From contig VJWM01000044.1 in NCBI GenBank assembly GCA_010909165.1, positions 186,001 through 250,000 on the forward strand: a stretch of 64,000 nt of DNA. Direction: 5' to 3'. The stretch comes from Anthoceros angustus. Lineage: Eukaryota; Plantae; Anthocerotophyta. The notes under the pieces are model-generated. The model had not been told where the DNA came from. It worked only from the letters and a program-made list of their open reading frames with translations, and ran no database searches. Of the stretch, positions 23,191 through 35,752 are shown one piece after another; the first letter of the stretch is position 1; each line of letters begins with the position of its first letter. Made by a program: the position numbers and the translations under genes.

Positions 23191-24723
23191 CTCCAGCCAT
23201 GGCCGATGCAAAAGCCCCGCTCTGAGATGAGGCAGGCTGGTGACCCGGTCCCGGTCCTGAATCCGAGCCCAAAACAAAGCATTAAGCAATGTGGTAGACC
23301 AGCAACAGCAGCGCTACCATCGCCTAAGCCACGCAATTAACAAAGCCAGGCCAATCGATTGATTCCGCTGCCAAATGCGAGCACAGCGTGTAACTGCCGA
23401 TCTACGTAAGTCAACCGGGAAGACTTGTCAACCAAAAAACAAGTGGAGCGTACCGCCCTGCTCACTGGAGAGCCTGACCTGGAGTAGTAGCTGCAGACGC
23501 AGACTGGGCTGCAAATGCAGGGAAGGCAGGGCAGCAGACTGCACTGCACTGCTCTGCTACTATGTATAGCCGCGACCTGACACCCACTCCATTATGGATG
23601 CCATTGCCAGAGCGCCAGCAAATTCGACCCCTGACGAAGCCCTGCCTCTCCTGGCGGACAGGCCCACAAGCTGCAGCTGCCCAGCCCAGTTAATGCCGCT
23701 CACATGACCTCCCCGGCGTGTACTCGGCGCAGGGCTGAGCAGCAATTAAGCAATCGTGCCCATCCCTTTCCCGGGCCTTTAAAGACAGCCCGTGTCGCCT
23801 CCCGGCTCTCGAATCGATCTCACAAGATAGACATGATCCATCCCTCCCAAATGCGCAAATCGCCAAATCGTCGCACTCGCCCGCTTAGTGCTCGTCGTAC
23901 GCCCATTTTTAGGCATGCCGCACATGTGGGCACGACTGGGGCCATCGTGCACCAGCCTAATACGCGGCCTGCAGTAAAGCAGCAGCTAAACGCGGGCTCG
24001 GTCGGTCACACCAGTCTACTAAAAAGCCACCGCAGCTCATGCTGCTGCCCAGCAGCCAAGTGCCAACTGCCAACGACATTCTCGGTTTCTCCAAGCAAAG
24101 AAAAGCTATCCTTTGGCCTCACCTACTTTGGATGACTGGGTGCTGGGTGCGGGATGCTGGGTGCTGGGTGGGGACAAAATTGCCCTCTTCCCACCTACCT
24201 TGTCGTTTGCAGCCCTCTTTTCAATCGCAATGCTATCGATCACAAAACACATCCATATCATGTCCCTCATCCAAACAGCCCCATACATATCCAGCACAAG
24301 GTAACAGCCCTATACACATCCAACACAAGGTAGCATAGTTTTTACAATATGTCATGACATCGAAGTCATGAGCTTTATTGAAAGATTGCTTAAAAAAATC
24401 AGGCCACATCTTCTTGGCTTCTTCCTCCTCCTAAAAGTCATTCGAATGTTTCTCATGATATGATAACAGATATATTCCAGATGACTTCCAACACATACCC
24501 ACAACATATGAACAATATGTTGGTTACAAAGGAACAAAGAGTTGAGGCAAAGTACCTACCTCCTTTACCTTGAAAATTCTCATGCTAAAAGAATCTTGTA
24601 ATATTATCTCACTCAAGTGATGAGATAATTTACAGATTAGCATACCTACACAGGTAATGAAATGGATGCATATTCTGGGCTTCTTTCTTGTAATATACAT
24701 ATCTACATCAACCAAAACTAGGG

Positions 24724-25503
24724 CTATTTCTTGTTTGACTTTGACTTAGAACTCTCTGCTTCACCAGTTACAGGGTTGATGTTCACCAATATATCAGAGA
24801 AGCTGGGCATAACTTCAATCTCTTTGAGTTTTCCTGTGGGTTTACTTTGTTTTGCTTCTGGCCATGAAGCTTGAGCTGGCCAAGGATTATTAGCAGGCAT
24901 TAACTGAACGGTAGCTGTTTCTTCGGGAGGCAACAAGACATGTGGCCTCGCCAGCAATTGAACAGCTTGTTTGAAGTCTTCCTTCTGGCCCATTGGAACT
25001 TCGTGGTCATCTGAATCGGGACCAAAATGCAAAGCTTCTACACTTTTTAACAATTTGGCTTGGTTTTGCAAGTTCTTTTTAAATTGCAGGGATGAGCCAG
25101 CCCCATTTTTATTCCTATCGTAATTTATGACCAAGGATCTGTGTGATCCAGGTTTTCTTAAATTACCAGCTTCACCTCTTACCAAAGGCCTATCAGGCCT
25201 GCAGCAAAAATCGGTTTTTGTTGTAGCAATACGTCTTAACCTATGCAATAATGCATGATTTTCCCTTTCAATTTCCCTCAATCTAGATTCTTCTAATTGG
25301 GCTCGTTTAGCATTCAATTGTTTGTCCAAACCTCCATTAGGTCCTTTATTATCAATAGCAGCTTTCATGTGCCTTAATCGTTCCAAGTGCCGTCTATGGT
25401 GGTTGCCACGATCCCAATCCAAAAAAGGAGTTCTCCTCATAAACATTTGATGTCTACTTTCTTGTTGGGATGCATTTAATGCATATCTGCTTTTTTCAGT
25501 CAT
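24724..25503 (-). CDS. CFAP97: Intronless CFAP97/KIAA1430-domain (cilia/flagella-associated) protein, 259 aa
   Basis: WDRGNHHRRHLERLRHMKAAIDNKGP..NAKRAQLEESRLREIERENHALLHRLRRIA fits the family signature (W..H..+L..K..IDN..P..K+.QLE..R...IEREN..LL.RL..I). The ORF is uninterrupted in AT-rich DNA. Confidence 0.8.
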   Translation of the reverse strand: MTEKSRYALNASQQESRHQMFMRRTPFLDWDRGNHHRRHLERLRHMKAAIDNKGPNGGLDKQLNAKRAQLEESRLREIERENHALLHRLRRIATTKTDFCCRPDRPLVRGEAGNLRKPGSHRSLVINYDRNKNGAGSSLQFKKNLQNQAKLLKSVEALHFGPDSDDHEVPMGQKEDFKQAVQLLARPHVLLPPEETATVQLMPANNPWPAQASWPEAKQSKPTGKLKEIEVMPSFSDILVNINPVTGEAESSKSKSNKK

Positions 25504-26272
25504 TGCATTCTTCCTTTCTTTATAAAATGGTAGATGATGGGTAGGTTAAAATGTTACTTGTAGTTATAGAAGTTCTTCCGTGAAGGATGAGTTTTTATTC
25601 TACCCATAATCTGCTAAAAGAAGTGTTTGCACATGGATCAACATAAAACTTGAAAGTTGGATCATAATCACTAATAAAACATGAAAATAATAATCTCTCT
25701 TCCATTTGTGAACAACACCATCTATATGGCCTTTACCACGAACTAGGATACCACTTTCCTTACTAGGTCTAGAGTTTTCCTACACAACCAAGCTCTGATG
25801 ACACCATATTTCTTATTTACATTCACCAAATGCCCACTTGAAGTTTCAATTTGAAGAATAGACAGTTTTCTTGAATGCTTGTTTTTGTTCCAAGAATTAA
25901 AATATGTTTATGTCACGATTCATTGGAGTTGAGCTGAGAGGTCTAGGTATTTTAGAGCGTTGTGTGCTTGACTCTATGTTTCCAAATAGTGGATTGTCAA
26001 GCTGAAACATAAAACAAAAAATAAAATTCATTTAAATTAGAAATTTCTCAAAGACACTTGTTCATTGATTTATCTAGAATGTATGCTTAACCTAATTTTA
26101 ACATCATATTTACCATCTATGTATGTCTTGAGATTTGAAGGAGTGATGAATAAATCAGACTAGGTACACATTTGTTTGCAGCTGAATATTATATATGCCA
26201 ATCGTACTTGCTCAAGTATAGCACCTTGTGAGGGTAGCCAGTAAGCAGCAGCACATGTGGTAAGTGAAAATT

Positions 26273-28400
26273 TTACGTACCGAAAATGAAATAAAATGGA
26301 AGACGTAGATTTGAAAAGGCATTCATCGTACGTGTGCTAGCTAGGCAATAGACCTCCCCGGGACGCCAGGGAGGAAGAGTGTGAAAAGGGGAAATGGGAG
26401 AGTGGGACGGCCGGCCGGGCCGGCTGCAGGGTCCGTTGGCGTTGCGCGTTGCGCCAGGCGTTCCCGTCGGATGGCGAAAGGAAGAGCCGGTGGCGGGCCC
26501 CGGTCCCGTCCGGGTTCGGGTCCGGGCCCGGCCCGCCCCGAATATAAAAAGCGGAGCCAATGGGGGGCTGCGTGGGCGTGGCAGGATCTGGCAATACAGG
26601 CGGGCGGGCATTGAGGAGGGTATAGGGGCCGTGCGGGCCCCGCCTCATGATTGGCATACCCAGCGCAGGCCGTGAAGAGTAAAATAGGAAGCGCGGGCCC
26701 CGCCCCCTCGCTTATTCCTCCTTTTCCTTGCCATAAAGTGCCGGCTGGCCGATTCGATTAAGATATGGTGCATTTATGGAGAGTTGCCAAAGGCTGGTGT
26801 GCCGCGACCCCTTTGTGGCGCGCCTACCTACAATGATCGCCTCGCCTTTACATAATGCGAGGGCTTGTGGGCTTGTGGGCGGTCGACGCTGAAACCAAGC
26901 CTTGTGCCTAAGTGTTGGCAGAACAAACCCACCCATTGGCTGCCCCTTCCAACATCAAGAGACGTCATGCTTGATTCTTTTCACGCCCCGGGTCGGGCAG
27001 GACTGTTTGTACATACATGTGACCACCGCCTTTTAGCTTGACCCGTGACTTGGGTAAAGATGTTGGCACGCGACTGCGCATGCCGTGTTTTATGTAAATT
27101 CTGTATTGTAGTTGTAATGTGAGCCCGTGTGGCGGGACGCGGCTGTGTGAAAGCGGCCACGCGCTATGTATGTATGTACATACATATGTATGTACATGTG
27201 GGACAATGATGTGGCAATGAGGGCCGAGTGAATGGAACGGGAGCGGTCACGAGCGGGTTTAATGCGGTGACATTGAATTTGATTCCCCGCGTCGTAACTT
27301 CTGCCGCTCCAGCGGCGTCGGGGCTCGCGGGATAGCGGATCGCGAATCTCGAATCGGCGATTTTTGAGCGTGCAAGTTTTTATTCCTGGGAGGCTGAAGG
27401 CCGGGGACTGTTTCCTTTCTTTGCGTGGGGTGAAAGCGTGCGCAGCTGGAATATGTCGCTTTACGGTTCGTTGGAGGCGGGTGTCTGGTTCTTGTCACCG
27501 CGGCCGCTGCAACACGGCATTCCCCGTCCTGCTACACCGCCGAGTCACCGACACCAAGTGCGATTGCGGAATGCGGAAGCGGAATGCGGAATGCGGCGCG
27601 ACGCCCCTCGCATGGCCGCCGCGCCAGTCATCGAGCCTCACCTACCCGTGCTGCACTCGGCGTGGCGTGGCGTGGCCGGCCCGGGAGTGCGGGATCCGGG
27701 AGAGCTGCTGGAGACGGCCTTTCTCCCGATACGGTAACTGTGTGGACAGGGATGTCGCTGACCCCTGATTCCTGAATCCTGATCCCGAGCTCCACCTAAA
27801 AAGACTTGCTCCGCTCTGACTTCACTGTGTGCCGGGCTTGGCTCCGGGCTGCTCCACTGGCCGGGAACTCGGGGCTCCGAATGGACATGTTTCACTGTTG
27901 GAATGCAATGCTTTACCGTGCGTTGCCTCCACTGTTCCAAACCCTAAAGGGCAAGGAACAAACGCTGGCAGGATGCGATCTGGCTCTGCGCACATCCGGA
28001 ACGGTGAACTAGGCACGCACCTGGTGCAGGATTGGTTGCACACAGCAGATCAGGAGAAGCGTGGACATTCTCCAGCAGTGCGGAAGGTCAGGAAGCTTTG
28101 GATACAGTGCAGCTCCAGCACAGCTGCCGTCCAGAGGAAAATGCACTGTTTCATCACAACAGGTTACCAGCAATGAAACAGGAGAGGTTCTGCCGGTCCC
28201 CTGGACCCTGGACTCCGATATTTACCTCGGAATAGTGCCGTGTTGCACATCTCCCGCAATACTTCTGTCCAGGAATACGAATATTTTCGGGTCATAGAAA
28301 TCGAGACCAAAATCCAGCGATTGCTGTCGTCGGTGGCTTAACTTTCACGACTTTTAGAACTTGCCAAAGAGCAACGACTTTTAGACCTTACCAAACACCA
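26273..28400. other. GC/CpG-rich island of unknown function between two divergent AT-rich genes
   Basis: Sharp compositional shift, many CCCG/CGGG runs and a TATAAAAAG box at about 26543. No recognisable protein in any frame. Confidence 0.5.
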
Positions 28401-28506
28401 ACGACCGTCCACTACATTACATACTGGAGGGCTTTGTTTTGGTTGACGAAACGTGGACTATATTATAGAATGCACCGGATATAAGTTTTCATTAAACAAA
28501 CTTTTT

Positions 28507-28854
28507 TCAAGAAAATTTTAATGTTGAACTAGGTAGTTAGATGATATCTATAAGCAATTGCTAAATGAAACCACTGCAAGTTATTATATTATATCTAAAA
28601 TAATTATAAATTTTATTAAATATTTGATATAATTTTACACAAAGTTGACTCTCACATTTGGAGGAAGTCTAGCAGCCTCTTCAAGAAAATTTTAATGTTG
28701 AACTAGGTAGTTAGATGATATCTATAAGCAATTGCGAAATGAAACCACTGCAAGTTATATTATTATATCTAAAATAATTATAAATTTTATTAAATATTTG
28801 ATATAATTTTACACAAAGTTGACTCTCACATTTGGAGGAAGTCTAGCAGCCTCT
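28507..28854. repeat. Near-perfect 174-bp tandem duplication upstream of GGP
   Basis: TCAAGAAAATTTTAATG...GTCTAGCAGCCTCT at 28507-28680 and 28681-28854. Confidence 0.95.
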
Positions 28855-29069
28855 CACTGACAAGTAAGATTTTATTGCCTCTGATTAAAAATATTTTTTA
28901 ATTTAAAACTCTTTTGAACTTAAATAGGAAAAGAATTTACCTATTAAAAATCTTTTTTCTTAATATAGTCAACCTCATTTACATTCAAATTTCCTAGAAG
29001 ATGTTATATAATTACTCTCTTTCTTGGGCTCACTTACTTGGAGGCCTAGTATCCCATAGAGAAGTCAAC

Positions 29070-31181
29070 ATGTTGACAATAAGAAAGGTTCCTACTCTTG
29101 TGTCCATGTACCAAGAGGTGGACAATGTCAATACATTTGAATCTCTAGAAATGTGCTGTAGCTCAGGTGCAAAGCATGTATTATTGAACAATTGAATTCT
29201 ATCTTTCTAAAGCATTGGAGCTATCATCCATTTCTTCAAAATTTCCTACTTGGTTCAGAAAATTCTCATGCTTATAGGTTCCAAGCTGCCATTGTATCGA
29301 TTCCCAAGAAGAGCTTGCACAAAGATAAAGAAAGTACACAACTTTGATAGAATTAAAGATATTTTCAACTCTAAAATTTGCGACATTACTCATGAGGCAG
29401 CCACAAAATGCAATGCTACTTTTCTTAGGACCCATATCTTAGGACAAGTGAGATGATAACGGCCTACCTTTTCCACTTGTGTTGTACTTGTTTAGATTCC
29501 TTGAGCTCAAGGTTGCATCAAAGATGACACTATAAATTTAGGTAATGCCATTGTTCACATCTTCTAACCATAGAACTTATGTAGTGGGAGGATCGGGCAC
29601 ATCGTGGTATGTTTCGATATGACGTCGCTACATGTGAATCAAAGGTTACATCCGACCCATGTGTATTTACTTCTTTATACAAGATAGGCATGTCATCAAT
29701 GTGTTGATTACTATAATCCTTGTGCACAGATTCTCGGTGGCATCTACAATTTTATTGCCCAATTAAATGAGGGCCGATATCTTAAGAAACGTCCCACCGA
29801 ATTTCGTGTGGATCAGGTACTTCAACCTTTTGACGAAAACAAGTTTAATTTTAAAAAAGTTGGGCGTGAGGAGGTACTTATGTGTTTCCACGAAAGTGAA
29901 GACAAAAGTAGAGTGTATGTTGAGCAAGCAAATGTTATGAAAAGCCCCAATGTGATTATCATCAATGTGAGACTATATCTTTGAGACACTTTCTTCTTCA
30001 TATTAGTGTTTGCTGAGATGAAGATATGCTGATGTGGCTCCCCCCGATGCATCATAGGTTAGTCCTATTGAGTATGGACATGTGCTTCTAATACCCAAAG
30101 TTATGGATTGCTTACCTCAAAAAATTACTGAAGAAACTTTTTTATTGGCTCTGCAAATGGCAATTGAAGCAGATAGTTACAATTTTCGAATTGGGTACAA
30201 TAGTCTTGGAGCTTTTGCCACTATCAACCATCTCCACTTTCAGGTGTATATGCTCCGCGTGATGTTTTGCTTCCTTCTTTCTAACATAAATATATTTTAG
30301 CTATGAGTAATTAAATTTTAAAGTATAGTAGCATTGAAAAAAAGATGAGAAAACCCATGGATCATAAGATAATAAAAAATTATATTTATATTCAGGCTTA
30401 TTATTTTAGAGGACCTTTTCCAGTTGAGCTGGCACCATATGTTCAGATTCGTACCCTTGGATGTCAATATCATACTAGTGTAAAAATTTCAGAGCTTTTA
30501 AAGTATCCAGTTAGAGGACTAGTATTCGAACAAGGCAAGACTCTTGAGGAGTTCTCGCTAGTTATCGCAAAGACATGCATAGGGCTGCAAGAACGCAACT
30601 TTCCATTTAGCTTGCTTATAGTTGATATGGGAAGCAAAGTTTTTTTATTTCCTCAGGTTGGAGTATGCCGAATTCAAAATGCACATCTTATACACATGCT
30701 TTAGTTATGGCTTTTCTAAGTATGGCTGAAAAGGATTTCATGCTCAAGCTGAAGAAGTACATAGTAATATTTCAAGTACTAAAAATGTCTTCTGCAGTGT
30801 TTTGCCGAGAGGCAAGCTAAAGCTGAAGTTGATAAAAAAATATTGGATACTCAAGTAAACCCTGCTGTCTGGGAGATAAGTGGACATATTATCTTGAAGC
30901 GTAAAGAAGACTATGAGATAGCGGATGAGAATTATGCCTTCAAATTGCTTGCAGAAGTTTCTTTATCAACAGAGCGTTTTGAAGAAGTAAAAATGATTTG
31001 TGTAAAGGCTATTGATGGATTGAGCAACCTTCATCCTCCATCTTCAAGCTCAGAGAATGGAAAGGAAGACAAATTTTCTCTTATTCCAAGTCAACCACAT
31101 GGTGAAATGATTTTCTTCATTCATGAGTTAGCATTTCGAGATAAAAGGGATTATAATTTGCGTGTTTTGATGTTTGTATGA
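29070..31181 (+). CDS. GGP: GDP-L-galactose phosphorylase (VTC2/VTC5 family), about 464 aa; exons 29070-29166, 29278-29447, 29585-29644, 29730-29966, 30058-30243, 30396-30656, 30798-31181
   Basis: MLTIRKVPTLVSMYQ start; WEDR..GMFRYDV; AQLNEGRYLKKRPTEFRVDQVLQPFD; NVSPIEYGHVLLIP; YNSLGAFATINHLHFQ (HIT-like motif); QVNPAVWEISGH. All introns are GT-AG and in frame. Confidence 0.96.
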
Positions 31182-31523
31182 TGCGTTTTGTTTTTGCAAA
31201 GATGAGTATGGTACTTTGCATGTTCTTGACCAAAATACCATCCATGGTGAGAGTTGTATAAATTTATACATATTTTAACAAAGATATGATGATTCTATTT
31301 ATGATACGTCCATTGGAGTATTTTTTAACTCATTATTCAAAATTTTATGCAGCTCGATGTTGCCCAACGATATTGGGGCCGAAACTAAATTGTAGTTGGA
31401 TGTTCAGTTAACCTATAGATTGGATGTGATCTTGTTGTCGAGCATATTGTGATTAATTTCATACGATCTTGAACGTTTCACTTATGGGTCAAACTATTCA
31501 TGACATCTCATAAAAACGCTTAG

Positions 31524-31913
31524 GTTTATCTAACTTACATAAGAAAAAGATATGTCGACCTTCATGAGTTTATCCAACTTATATAAGAAAAAGATATGTC
31601 AACCTTCATGAGTTTATCTAGCTTATATACGAAGAAGATATGAATGTGCACTTGCCAAGCCTCATGGGTTAAAACCATTCATAATATCTCTGGAAGAGGT
31701 TGAGGTTTATCTTTCTCATATAAGAAAAAGATAACAATGGAGCCACTTTGGTTAATCCAAAAGCTAAAATTGAGGACAAAGAAATCCATATTTAAAACAG
31801 GCTCCTTGGGTGGCCCATATAAGAAAAAGATAACAATGGAGCCACTTTGGTTAATCCAAAAGCTAAAATTGAGGACAAAGAAATCCATATTTAAAACAGG
31901 CTCCTTGGGTGGC
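31524..31913. repeat. 44-bp tandem repeat (31524-31642) and perfect 98-bp tandem duplication (31717-31913)
   Basis: ATAAGAAAAAGATATGTC(G/A)ACCTTCATGAGTTTATC occurs about 2.5 times; CATATAAGAAAAAGATAACAATGG..CCTTGGGTGGCC occurs twice. Confidence 0.9.
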
Positions 31914-34830
31914 CCTAACGCGTTTTACCACCCCCACCACCTCCGTGGCATAGGTTCCAGTGTCCAGCTCCGCTCTTCCTAGGGTGCCTCTTTCATCATG
32001 GGAATGGTTGTAGACCTATGTGGATCACATCCTTGGGTTGTTTGAAACCCTCTTTCCATGTCAGTGCATCTTCCGCAGGCTTTCTACGCACCTCCACGAT
32101 GATGCTCGCTTAGCGTTATGTCTTCCTCTGGATCGCCTTGTTAACTCCCATGACGAGCTGGCCTCGTGTCTTCTCCTGCTTCTCCCTTAGTGTTGTTTGC
32201 GCTGTTCTAGGGGTGGGGCCTTTGGCCATCGGGAGGTCACAAGCCGTATTTTCGGGATGGCAATTGAGTATCTCTCCATCCAGGAAGAGCTTTGTGTGCT
32301 TTTAAGGCTCATGCGAAATCTACACAACGGATGGAACAAGCACTGGGAAATGCGGCAAACTTGCAGCACTGCAAGTTGCTTGGCCAAGCGGGTAAATATG
32401 CCCGTGTCGCTAAAGCTCTTCGCCCCCTCCCTTTGGCCCCTACTTTGGAGGGACCATTGCAGCCCTCCGAGCCCTTCATCCGGCCCCAAAGGACGCCATC
32501 CCCTGGGACATATATAACTATGTGAACCCTTCTCTTTAGATCAAGCGGCTTTTGCCCTGAGCTTCTTGATGACCTCACACCTTCATCTGCCAAGTTGTCT
32601 AGAATGGTGTTTGAACGCCTCAGGGACCTTTTTCTCCCTGAAGACCCTTCTAGCGACTTCCCATAGCTCTTTTTCCTAGCTGCTACCGTGGCTCGGGTAG
32701 AGACGCCTCACAGAATCTCTCATGTTCTTGTAGCTAGCAGGCTTGTTGCCATGGACAAGCCCGCCCCCTCCTGTGGCGTGCATCCTCTTGCGGTTGGGGA
32801 AGCCTTTATGCGGCCGTAGTATTGCCCTCCAATACTACTCCTTTCTCCAGTAGCATCTCGATCCCCTCCAATTTGGCATTGCCACTCCAGGGGGTTGCGA
32901 GTCCGTGGTGTTTGGAGTTAAGGCATGCCTTGACACCCACCCGGATTGGGTGGTCTTATAGATGGATGTTGAGAATGCCTTCAATACCATCTCTAGAGGC
33001 ATTATCTTTGAGGAGCTCAGGGATAGAGGCGGTGTCTTAGGGAGCCTTATCCCTTTTTCTCGGTGCTTCTATGGGAGGTCCTTCAACCTCTATTATCAGT
33101 ACAAGAACGCATCATCGGGATTTACAATCTCTGACTTGGAATCAGCTACAAGTACTAGGCAAGGCGACCCTCTGGGCGGTGCTCTCTTTGCCACTGCTCA
33201 CTACAGGGCCCTATCCAGGGCTACCTCCTCAGCACATGACTTTGTCTTGCCTTCGCTGATAGATGACTCTTACATCCTTGGGCCTGGGGACAAGGTCAAG
33301 AAGGCCTTTGAGCTCTTCTCTCATAAGCTTTTTTTGGCGGGCTTGAAGGTCAAGCCGTCCAAGTGTCGAGTCAGGTCTCCATCGGGGAACCTCCCTACTT
33401 TGCAATTCCTTGAAGGGAAGATTGCTTCGGCCTTAGGCCTACGGATTTTGGGGGTCCCCTTTGGCTTCCTTGACTTTATCGGGAGTTTCCTAGACCAGAC
33501 TCTCGCGGAGGACCTCTCCCACATCGAGGACTTCCCTTTACTGGAGGATGCAAAGGTGGGTATTGTTTTGCTAGGCGCGCTGGTTACCTCATCCACACGT
33601 TGCCCCCTTCTCCGGTCATTTTGTTCTGGCTATAAAGGTTTGATAAGAAGATCATTGACATTCTAGGTGATATCATAGGCCCTGGGTTTTTGAGTGCCCT
33701 GCAAGCGATGTGGCCTTGTGGCAAGCATCACTGCTAGTGCAACGTGGAGGCACATGTCTTCTCTCGCTGGAGGTACCTTCCTCGGTGGCATTTTTGGGCA
33801 GCTGGGCCCTCTCTGCCCCTACTATGGCCGCCCGCTTCACCGCCATGACAAGCCCCTTTTGGAGGATCTTGTGTCAAGAGTCAGGAGGAGGGAACCTTCC
33901 CACTCCAAGTATCTTTGAGACTGGCCAGGGATATGCTACCATGCGTAGAAGGACTTCCCTTCTTTCACGAGATTCATCACCAATGGCTTTAGAGGGTTGC
34001 AGGCGTCCCTGCTCGAGAAGCAGCTTGGCAAGGCTTTCCAATCTGTCCTCCTGGACCCCTTCATCTCCAGGTCCACAAGAGCTTGGCTTCGCTCTTGCTC
34101 TGCGAAGAGCGCAGGCGCTTGGCTATTAGCTCGTCCATGTATTCGGGGTTTTCACATCGCACCAACCAGCTTCTCTATTGTGATGCGATTCCATCTTGGC
34201 CTCCTCCAGCCTGTGGCTTCGTCCCTCCTTAACTGCGAGTGCTGCTCTATCTTCAAGGACTCTGGATACACCTTCCTCATTGATCCCCTGGGGGCCATCG
34301 CATCGCCACCCATGACGCCATTTGCGATGTCATGTTCGTCATAGCTCGCGAAAGTGGCTGCATGGCCTACAGGGAGTGGGGGTACACTCTTCGTATAGGT
34401 CGGTCAATCAGGGCTAATTTGTACCTCGTCCGCGGCGACCAAGTTTCGGTGGCGGACATGGTGGTCACTAACCCTATACGCGACAAAGATCTCCGCCGTG
34501 TAATCACTAATCGTCTGTGTTAGCACGGACGGCAACTTTCAAAGTCAAGAAATAAAGCGGAATGCAAGCGGGCCACCAATTCATTTCGCTCGCCCTTGAA
34601 ACATATAGGGCATTGGCTAAGGACTTTGATGCATTTCTCAAGTCCTGCGCCAAGGCTTATATCTCATGCCCGTAGGCATGGTGCGGGACTATCCCTTTCT
34701 TCTTTCATGGCGTTCTTCAGACAACGGGTCTCAATTGCTCTCCATTTTAAAGTGGCAAATAGAGCAGACAGAAGGAAGTGGTTCGCTGATCCCAATTTGT
34801 AGCCTTCTCACATTAAGTGTATTGATATCG
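31914..34830 (+). mobile_element. Degenerate CRE-clade non-LTR retrotransposon (RT plus C-terminal Cys knuckle and restriction-like endonuclease)
   Basis: HPLAVGEAF, QFGIATPGGCE, DVENAFNTISR, RQGDPLGGALF, LIDD and LGVPFG in the RT. The C-terminal region has AWLLARP..MRFHLGL..CEC..HRIATHD..E..R(A)N..VADMVV and RQRVSIAL. No APE domain precedes the RT. Boundaries are approximate. Confidence 0.8.
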
Positions 34831-35752
34831 GACTCATGGTTCTGCCCACGAACACCGGTACGGTTCACGCCTTATGGTTTGATGACATCGATTGTCACAA
34901 AAGTTCCTATTCGGTTGAGTCATGTGGTGAGAAACCCTAAATCCGCTCGAAAAAGTTACATATTCATTCTTGAAAATGGACATCAACAACAGAACTAGAC
35001 ACGAAGTGGAGTTGTGACAAGTAATGGATGAGTAAAAGTGAATGAAAAATATAAACTTATTTTACTGAACGGTCATGGTTCATTTTGTAAGTTTCTTTTT
35101 CAAGAGAGCCGTACCACGTCGGTAAACCGGACAGCCAGCTCATCATCTGTGCCATATTGTGGTTGAACCTAATTGCGATCAGACCAACATTCGATGGCCA
35201 GTCTGCAAACGGCCGCCGAAAGATGAGTCTGGTAATGCCCTAAAGAGCTTTACACTTGAAGTCACCTACAACACGTATCATGTCATAGCCAGGAGAATGG
35301 AGGGGCCTACATACTAGTAAGGATACGTCGGCTCATATCATTGCTATTTTGAATACTTTCCTCCCCAAAACCTTCGGAAAACAATAGGCTCGTGGAGTCA
35401 AAGGATAATTTAGAAAGCAGTGGACACATGCTACCAATAGAAGACAATGAAAAAATACACGGGTAGTACTACTCCATATTTGTGTAAGCGTTTATTTACT
35501 GGTATAAATCTTGAATTTCTATTTTAAACAAAATATTTCATAGTCCTTATAAAAACATAAAAGACAAAATTCTTATGTATAGCTTGTAACTATAAATTTA
35601 GCAAAGTCTTTGCCAACTTTCATTCTGTGTGACTCCAAAGCAAAGGGATTACGAGGTGGCCCTCTTACATCCCTATGTACTTGGAGACTTTTATTATTGC
35701 TACTCCTCCAATTTGGGGACCAAGATATGTTAACATGCTCAAAGAGAACGAA

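Noticed and set aside
22700-23340. Multiple overlapping 60-140 aa ORFs
   Set aside because: They are generated by GC-rich microsatellites and have no domain features.
23515-23560. miR408-like sequence (CAGGGAAGGCAG..TGCACTGC)
   Set aside because: The mature miR408 sequence is absent and the arms do not form a proper duplex.
25790-25810. PBS-like GCTCTGATGACACCA
   Set aside because: Imperfect match, with no adjacent LTR or retroelement coding sequence.
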